DNA from: Macrostomum lignano
Taxonomy: Eukaryota
Direction of reading: 5' to 3'
Length of the DNA stretch: 64,000 nt
Assembly (NCBI GenBank): GCA_002269645.1
Contig: NIVC01002048.1
Location: forward strand, 40,317 to 104,316
How positions within the stretch are numbered: the stretch's first letter is position 1; each line of letters opens with the position of its first letter. Of the stretch, positions 55,331 through 64,000 are shown piece by piece. The position numbers were made by a program, and so were the translations under genes. The notes beneath the pieces were generated by a model. The model did no database searches and was not told the DNA's origin. It saw only the letters and a list, made by a program, of their open reading frames with translations.

Positions 55331-56245
55331 CATACTATTTGTTAGACAAGCTATATTTCCACAGTTTATAGTAAACTTCCACAAGAGGACAATGTCTAGA
55401 GCAATCTGAATCAACCTCAGTATCAAGAAAAGAGAGACTCTTCTTTATGCTTTCAATGGTGAGTTTGATGTTTAGGTAAGTGGAGTTTATTCCTGGGTTT
55501 TTTTGTGTGAATGGGTGCGAAAAGCATCCTGGTCTTAAAAATCGCACCCTGAAATTTGACTCAGGGTGCGAAAAGTGCACCCAATTTTTTGCAAGGATGT
55601 GATGTGGGTTTTACAATTTAGTGTTGTGGACGTGCAGTGCATCCTGGTCTTGAAAATCGCACCCTGAAATCTAGCACAGGGTGCAAAATCGCACCTAAGT
55701 TATGGACGAAAAAAACCCAGGTTTATTCTGATAAGAAACTTATTGTCAAAAACAGCAAATGTATCATCAACATAATGCTTATAAAACTGTGGGGCATTGA
55801 GGAGTTTTATCTATTCATTCTCCTAATGACTTTGGTACTGATTAGCAAGTATAAGGGCAAGAGGATATCCCATAGCAACACCATCAATCTGGAAATAGTA
55901 TTGGTTTTCAAACATTAAAATGCACAACCAAGAATGACAGATAATGTATGTCTGAAATTTAACAAGTTTTTGTATTGGAGTCATTGTAAAATATAAAATC
56001 TTTTTATTTATTCAATATGACAAACTTATAAATTTATGATAATAATTTAAGTATTTCTTTGGCCTATAGTTAATACATGAAAAATGTTCCTCAAAGTGCC
56101 AGCCAGATTAGGTGCTCATTTCAAAGTTAAAGTCACCATATAAATTAAATTAGTAATCTCAACAAATATAATGTAATGCATGAATATTTAAATTTTCAGT
56201 TTGTAATTTTATATCAAAAATACTAAATCTGCAACAAGCTGAGCC

Positions 56246-59200
56246 ATGGGCAGGCGAGCAGTTGGCACCACCAAGACTGGCCGGTTCATGAACCCGACCG
56301 ACCAGGCGCGGAAGGAGGCCAGGAAACGGGAGCTGAAGAAAAACAAAAAGCAGCGAATGCAGGTAAAAATTTGCTCATTGAAGGCAGCATGACAGGCTGA
56401 CTCAACATCTGGGAAGGGCTGTGTGTGACCTGACAATGAGTGTGTGACAGTGACCTCATAATGAGTGTGTGATAGTGACCTGGCAATGAGTGTGTGACAA
56501 TGACCTGGCAATAAGTGTGTGACAATAACCTGACAATGAGTGTGACAGTGACCTCATAATGAGTGTGTGACAGTGACCTAACAATGAGTGCGTGACAATG
56601 ACCTGGCAATAAGTGTGTGACAATAACCTGACAATGAGTGTGACAGTGACCTCATAATGAGTGTGTGACAGTGACCTAACAATGAGTGTGTGACAGTGAC
56701 CTAACAATGAGTGTGTGACAATGACCTGGCAATAAGTGTGTGACAATAACCTGACAATGAGTGTGACAGTGACCTCATAATGAGTGTGTGACAGTGACCT
56801 AACAATGAGTGTGTGACAATGACCTGGCAATAAGTGTGTGACAATGACCTGACAATGAGTGTGTGACAGTGACCTGGCAATGAGTGTGTGACAATGAACT
56901 GACAATGAGTGTGTGACAATGACCTGACAATGAGTGTGTGACAGTGACCTAACAATGAGTGTGTGACAATGACCTGGCAATAAGTGTGTGACAATGACCT
57001 GACAATGAGTGTGTGACAGTGACCTGGCAATGAGTGTGTGAAAATGAACTGACAATGAGTGTGTGACAGTGACCTCATAATGAGTGTGTGACAGTGACCT
57101 GGCAATGAGTGTGTGACAATGACAATGACCTGGCAATGAGTGTGTGACAATGACAATGACCTGGCAATGAGTGTGTGACAATGACAATGACCTGGCGATG
57201 AGTGTGTGACAATGACCTGACAATGAGTGTGTGACAGTGACCTGGCAATGAGTGTGTGAAAATGAACTGACAATGAGTGTGTGACAGTGACCTCATAATG
57301 AGTGTGTGACAGTGACCTGGCAATGAGTGTGTGACAATGACAATGACCTGGCAATGAGTGTGTGACAATGACAATGACCTGGCAATGAGTGTGTGACAAT
57401 GACAATGACCTGGCGATGAGTGTGTGACAATGACAATGACCTGGCAATGAGTGTGTGACAATGACCTGGCAATGAGTGTGTGACAATTACTTCCCATCTT
57501 GCAGGTGCGAACCAGCGTGCTGAAGGCGCGCCAACCAGACCAGATACTAATTGAGCTGGAAGAGTACGACAAAATGGAGCTGGATCCGTCAGCTGAGGCC
57601 GACATCGGCGGCGGCAGCGCCGTTGGTTTCAGCGACGGCGAGAGGTTGGCACTGCGAGTTATTCAGGAGAAGCGCAGGAAACTGCTGGAGACCTACGACC
57701 GGATCCTGTCTATGGTTGTGAGTGCCTCTGCGCTGCTGTCGCTATCTTATCGTTAATTCATTTCTGTTCTACCTTCCAAATCCGCATTTCTAATCCTTAA
57801 TCCGGAATCCCCATCCCTAATTCAGCATCCCGGCCCTGATTCCTAATCCATAATCTAGGATTATAGATTAATCCAGAATCCTGTTCAATCCATAATCCAT
57901 ATTTTTAATACAGGATTCAAATCCCTAATCCAGGAGCTCCAAATCCATATTTTCTATCCCTAGTCCATAAGTTCGTCTCTAATTCATAATTCTCCATTCC
58001 TAATCCACAATCACCATCACTAATCCATTATCCCATCACTAATCCATTATCCCATCACTAATCCATTCTCCCATCACTAATCCATTATCTCATCACTAAT
58101 CCATTATCTCATCACTAATCCATTCTCCCATCACTAATCCATTCTCCATCACTAATCCATTCTCCCATCACTAATCCATTCTCCCATCACTAATCCATTC
58201 TCCCATCACTAATCCATTATCTCATCACTAATCCATTATCTCATCACTAATCCATTCTCCCATCACTAATCCATTATCCCATCACTAATCAATAATCCCT
58301 ATCAATAATTCATTATCCCCATCAATGATCCGTTATCCTATCACTAATCCAAGACCCCCGCAGCACTAATCTATGATCCCCTTCCTAGTCTTGTATCCCA
58401 ATTCCGGAGCACTCGCAAGTATGCAAGTCAGCTGTCCCCATTTCCGCCAATTCTCATTGCCCCCCCCCCCCAGCAACGCGAGAGCCCGGACGAGGCTGGC
58501 AAGCTGGTCGCCGCCCGCCAAGAGTACGAGCAGCGCCGGCAGCAGCGCGCGCTGTTCTACGAGCAGGTCCGAGCGGCCGAGAACGTCGACACCAGCAGCA
58601 TCCCGCTGCCCTCGCTGCCGCCCGGCGCCACCCAAGCGCCCGGCTTCCCGCCCGTGTTCCCCGGCGGCGCCATCCCGCCTCCGTCCAGCGTGTTCTCAGC
58701 TGACGGCGGCCTCCTGCCCGGCATTTTAAAAGCCTCGGCGCCGCCGCCGCGGAAGAAGCCGGACAGAAAGCCGGCCGGGCCGCCGCCGGGACCGCCGCCG
58801 GACCTCTCCGACTGCGAGGACGAGCCGCCGTCAGCGAAGCCGCCTCCGGCACAGCCGCTGCAGCAGAAGTCGATCCGATTCAGCGACGAGCCGGCGCCTC
58901 CCGGCGAGAAAGCGCCGGCGCCAGCGCCGCTGGTGCCGCCTGCGCCTTCGATGCAGCCGAATCCGCCCGCGCCGGCGGCGGCTGCGGCGGCTGCGGCTGC
59001 GGCAGCTGCAGCAGCTGCGGCGGCGTCGCTTCATCGACCTCAGCCGGCGATGCCACCGCCGCCGCCGCCGCCTCAGGCGATTGTTCCGCCGCAGGCGCAG
59101 CCGCCGCCTGTCGCTCCGGCAGCCGCAGCCCCGGCCGAGGCCGGCCCCCGACGCCACGGACAGACGAGCATCTCGGCTGCGCCGCAGTTGAAGAACCTGA

Positions 59201-59475
59201 TCGGCGATGCCACCAAACTCGTGCCAACCGCGGTTCGGATCAAGCGAAGCGCCCAGCAGCAGCAGCAACATAAGCAACTGCATCCAGCAATGGTTTCTTC
59301 CGCTGGTCATCAGCAGTCGGCGGCGGCAACTGCTGTCAGCGCCCCGCCAATCTCCGGCGTTATCGGTGTCGGCGACGAGGCCGCCGCTAGTCACCACCGT
59401 CAGCAGCAGATGAGCAGCAGCGCCAAGGACGACGCCTACGAGAAATTCATGCAGGAGATGCAGGGCCTGCTGTAA
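56246..59475 (+). CDS. WBP11: WW domain-binding protein 11 (SIPP1/NPWBP) splicing factor
   Basis: Exons 56246-56362, 57505-57717, 58474-59475. MGRR..KTGRFMNPTDQARKEARKRELKKNKKQRM, IPLP, PPGPPP, PP1-binding-type KSIRF, TKLVPTAVRIKR and C-terminal DDAYEKFMQEMQGLL. Confidence 0.96.
56412..57485. repeat. ~25-bp minisatellite (gtgtgacaatgacctggcaatgagt), WBP11 intron 1
   Basis: Fills nearly the whole intron. Confidence 0.93.
58010..58330. repeat. ~20-bp minisatellite (ccatcactaatccattatc), WBP11 intron 2
   Basis: Tandem units. Confidence 0.88.
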
Positions 59476-59689
59476 TAACAATCTTAACAACTGCTTTTAG
59501 CGATGGCTTTGCATTGCAATTCTTGTGTGTAAATATATGCTTGGCTAAGGTCTGACCCTACAGCACACATCTTACTGTGGCTGTTTGTGCAGACCCATTA
59601 CTATTGATAGTTCCGTTCCTGTTCCGTACGAATTTAAATTGAGTGGCTTATCTTCATTTGTGTTGCATCATTTAATGTTAGCTTACCTG

Positions 59690-60195
59690 TTCTCAGGTTG
59701 AGCCACCGGTCACTTCCCCTGTGCGCTCAGGTTGAGTCACCGGTCACTTCCCCTGTGTTCTCAGGTTGATTCACCGGTCACTTCCCCTGTCTTTTCAGGC
59801 TGAGTCACCGGTAACTTCCCCTGTCTTCTCAGGTTGAGTCACCGGTCACTTCCCCTGTGTTCTCAGGTTGAGTCACCGGTCACTTCCCCTGTGCGCTCAG
59901 GTTGAGTCACCGGTAACTTCCCCTGTCTTCTCAGGTTGAGTCACCGGTCACTTCCCCTGTGTTCTCAGGTTGAGTCACCGGTCACTTCCCCTGTGTTCTC
60001 AGGTTGAGTCACCGGTCACTTCCCCTGTGCGCTCAGGTTGAGTCACCGGTAACTTCCCCTGTCTTCTCAGGTTGAGTCACCGGTCACTTCCCCTGTGTTC
60101 TCAGGCTGAGTCACTGGTCACTTTCCCTGTCTTCTCAGGCTGAGTCACCGGTCAATTCCCCTGTGCTCTTAGGTTGAGTCACCGGTCACTTTCCT
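59690..60195. repeat. 34-bp minisatellite (ctcaggttgagtcaccggtcacttcccctgtgtt)
   Basis: About 15 units, period 34. Confidence 0.93.
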
Positions 60196-60639
60196 GAGCT
60201 CCTACTCATTGTGAAGTGGTGGTGGGGCTCTGACCGATGGATATCAGCACTAAAAGCAGCAAATAATCGCCGTACTTCACCTGTACGTACGTTAGCCTCA
60301 ACTAGACTAACTTCGGTTATTAAACTTTGATGATTGACCGTCTGGAAGCAGTCCTTTGATCTTTCCGCTCACATACAGTGCCACAACATTGCTATAAACA
60401 TGCGCTAGCAAACAAACGCCGTTGTCAGCGCTTTATAGCCTTATAGCTTCGCTGCAAGCCCAAATTGCCATAGACTATTTGCAAGACACTTGATCTCTCT
60501 CGCCCTCCGTCTGATTCCGTATTAGTGCAATAACAAGCAAGCAAGATTTCATCCCCGCCCCCGGATCTGCTTGCTGTGTGTCGAGTCTGTCTTTATTATT
60601 ACAAATTAGTTCACTGGCCGCGTCCAAAAGCGTAGGGCC

Positions 60640-63128
60640 ATGCCGACCGAGCAAGAGGAATTGACTGATGAGCAGCAAGAAGGCCTCTCTGAACGGGCAG
60701 CGCCTCTCACTAATCAGCACGCCAGCGAAAAGGGCAGCAGAGACTCCCGTAGCCGAGGCAGCAGCCACTTCTCCACGGATGTTTTTCGCGGCAGCAGTAT
60801 GCCATTCTGGAGGACGACGACGAAGTGAGCAACGACAACGTGGTGAGCCCGAGGAGCGGCATGATCCAGGCTTGCAACCTGGACGAGATGTCCGAGAGCG
60901 ATTTCATCGACACTAAAAAGGACTGCAACAAAACTAGCAAGGAGATCGCCGAAATTATCAAGCAGATCAATTCGCTGGTGCTGTTTCAAGGATACGAGGA
61001 CAAGGAGCTGAAGGTAACACGCCAGAATACTCTGTCAGTTAGGTCGTAAAACAAAAGCCGCGTCACAGGACGCTCGGATGATGTGGCCTGCCAGCTGGAA
61101 CCGTCACTTCTATTCAAGCAACAGTGACAAAATTTCTAGGCGCCATTGCACATTTACTGACATTCATTGACCCAAGCACAATCTCCTCACTTACAGTCGG
61201 TCATTGGCTACATGTACCGGCGCAAAGTGACCAAAGGCGAGGTGGTGATCAAACAGGGCGACGTGGGCGACGCCTTCTTCGTCATTCGAAGCGGCAAGTA
61301 CGACTGCACGGTGATGAAGGGAGGCAAGAGCACCAGGATTCGAACTTACGAAGGCTCCGGTTACTTCGGTGAACTGAATTCTACTGTTTTTGTTAAAATA
61401 GATTATAATATTAATACGAGCTAATATTGCTATAATACTACTGAATGATACTACTAGTTTCACAAATAAGTTTCTACTAGTTTTTACTGATAGCTAACAG
61501 ATACTGCTGATAACTAACAGATACTACTGATAACTAACAGATACTACTGATAGCTAACAGATACTACTGATAGCTAACAGATACTACTGATAACTAACAG
61601 ATACTACTGATAACTAACAGATACTACTGATAACTAACAGATACTACTGATAACTAACAGATACTACTGATAGCTAACAGATACTACTGATAGCTAACAG
61701 ATACTACTGATAACTAACAGATACTACTGATAACTAACAGATACTACTGATAACTAACAGATACTACTGATAACTAACAGATACTACTGATAACTAACAG
61801 ATACTACTGATAGCTAACAGATACTACTGATAGCTAACAGATACTACTGATAGCTAACAGATACTACTGATAGCTAACAGATACTACTGATAACTAACAG
61901 ATACTACTGATAACTAACAGATACTACTGATAACTAACAGATACTACTGATAACTAACAGATACTACTGATAACTAACAGATACTACTGATAACTAACAG
62001 ATACTACTGATAACTAACAGATACTACTGATAACTAACAGATACTACTGATAGCTAACAGATACTACTGATAACTAACAGATACTACTGATAACTAACAG
62101 ATACTACTGATAACTAACAGATACTACTGATAACTAACAGATACTACTGATAACTAACAGATACTACTGATAACTAACAGATACTACTGATAACTAACAG
62201 ATACTACTGATAACTAACAGATACTACTGATAACTAACAGATACTACTGATAACTAACAGATACTACTGATAACTAACAGATACTACTGATAGCTAACAG
62301 ATACTACTGATAACTAACAGATACTACTGATAACTAACAGATACTACTGATAACTAACAGATACTACTGATAACTAACAGATACTACTGATAACTAACAG
62401 ATACTACTGATAGCTAACAGATACTACTGATAACTAACAGATACTACTGATAGCTAACAGATACTACTGATAACTAACAGATACTACTGATAGCTAACAG
62501 ATACTACTGATAGCTAACAGATACTACTGATAGCTAACAGATACTACTGATAGCTAACAGATACTACTGATAGCTAACAGATACTACTATCAAAACCCCG
62601 CCGCCAGGTGACCTGGCTCTCGTCAATCACGCCCCTCGCGCTGCCAGCATCACGGCCCTGACAGACGGTGAGCTGTGGGTGCTGAACGCAACTCGCTACG
62701 TTTGGTTGAAAAAGAATCAAGCGGTTCGCAATGCGGAATGCTTTGAGCGAGTCATCCGGCAGATCCCATTGTTCAGCAACAACCTCACGGACAGTCACGT
62801 GAATAGTCTGATTGACGCGATAGAAGTACTCACCATGCACAAAGGTGACGTCATCTGTCGTCAGGGCGAGCCGGGCGACGCGATGTACTTTATCTTGGAC
62901 GGCAGCGTCAGCGTCTTGGTCGGCGGCAAGCAGGTGCGCACAATGGGCGCCAATGAGTTCTTTGGCGAGCGGGCGCTCGTGCTTGACGAGGGTCGAGCGG
63001 CCACCTGCTCGGCGCTGTCCGATGTCAAACTGGCCAAGCTGCCTAAGGAGAGCTTTGAAATGCTCATCCCAGATTCTGTGGTTGCTAGCATGCGGGAGTA
63101 CGTTGCCAAGGCCTACGCTAGTGAGTAA
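60640..63128 (+). CDS. Atypical PKA regulatory-subunit-like protein with two cNMP-binding domains
   Basis: Exons about 60640-61013 (needs one extra T at 60782-60786, or a start at ATG 60861), 61197-61368, 62608-63128. [38 protein letters not shown]; [38 protein letters not shown]. Confidence 0.88.
61490..62588. repeat. 20-bp minisatellite (atactactgataactaacag)
   Basis: About 55 units filling intron 2 of the cNMP gene. Confidence 0.96.
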
Positions 63129-63199
63129 TTTCAGCATACTGCAGTTGATCGCAATAGATTGCAGTAGATTGCAGTAAATTGTGATTCTTGATAAATGTT

Positions 63200-63570
63200 A
63201 CGCAATATTTGATTCCCAATACCCAATACCCGATTCCCAATACCCAATATCTAATTCCCAATACCCAATACCCGATTTCCAATTCCCAATATCCGATTCC
63301 CAATTCCCAATATCCGATTCCCAATTCCCAATACCCGATTCCCAATTCCCAATACCAGATTCCCAATTCCCAATACCAGATTCCCAATACCCGATTCCCA
63401 ATACCCAATACCCGATTCCTAGTACCCGATTTCCAATAGCCAATACCGATTCCTAGTACCCGATTTCCAATATCCAATACCCGATTTCCAATAGCCAATA
63501 CCCGATTTCCAATACCCAATACCCGATTCCGATACCCAATACCCGATTCCTAATACCAGATTCTCAATAC
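63200..63570. repeat. 7/14/21-bp composite repeat (cccaata / cccgatt)
   Basis: Direct reading; the ORFs over it are artefacts. Confidence 0.88.
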
Positions 63571-64000
63571 CCGAGTCACACTGAGCAGTAGAATTTTCAA
63601 CAATAATAAAGCCACTATTTTCAAAACTTGCATTTCAGAGACAGCTCAAAAATAGGCACGAGCCAACGGTCAGTCAAGGACTGCCAATCCAGTCAGACTC
63701 TGAAAGCAGTTTATGCGCAAGTTGTTTTTTAAAAAAAGAAAAAATTTCTGTTTTCTGCGCCGCTGTTGCCAAAAAAAACTTCAGTTGAAACAAATGCGTC
63801 CTGTTCTGCTCTCTGGAAAATCTGCAACTTTCTGCCTGCTTATTTCGATTTAAAAATGAAATCGAACCAAAAGAACATACCAGAGATGGCCTGCAACCAA
63901 CAATTGTTTTCGGTCAAATAATATACCGGCTCCGTCATTTGTCTTGACTTTATTTACTATGTTTTCAAGTGCAAATCTCTATATAAGTATGCGTGTGTAT

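Overview
Eukaryotic (metazoan) genomic DNA. GC-rich exons with poly-Ala/Gln/Pro runs and introns filled with private minisatellites resemble the flatworm Macrostomum; that assignment is inference only. All exon structures were spliced by hand from GT..AG sites with phase checks. Well-supported genes: last exon of CYFIP (+), tRNA-Val(AAC), an Sp-family zinc-finger gene (-), an Ig/TM protein ending in EFCV (-), a UBE3C-like IQ/HECT gene that stops before the catalytic C-lobe (-), a 15-exon anoctamin/TMEM16 (+), a probably GPI-anchored multi-Ig protein (+), WBP11 (+) and an atypical PKA-regulatory-subunit-like tandem cNMP-binding protein (+). Weaker calls: an unidentified Cys-rich gene ending 62 nt before the UBE3C-like start, an RS/Lys-rich terminal exon and a GRAM-like fragment. 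Mobile DNA: a 5'-truncated Ty3/Gypsy element with its 3' LTR inside an intronic minisatellite, an internally deleted mariner, a hAT MITE family, a tRNA-derived SINE and several small TIR elements, one carrying a 28S rRNA-like fragment. Most long ORFs in the supplied track are translations of tandem repeats. The most unusual observations are the catalytically truncated HECT gene in an operon-like arrangement, the acidic-Trp tail on CYFIP, the rDNA-fragment-carrying element and the degenerate PKA-R-like protein.
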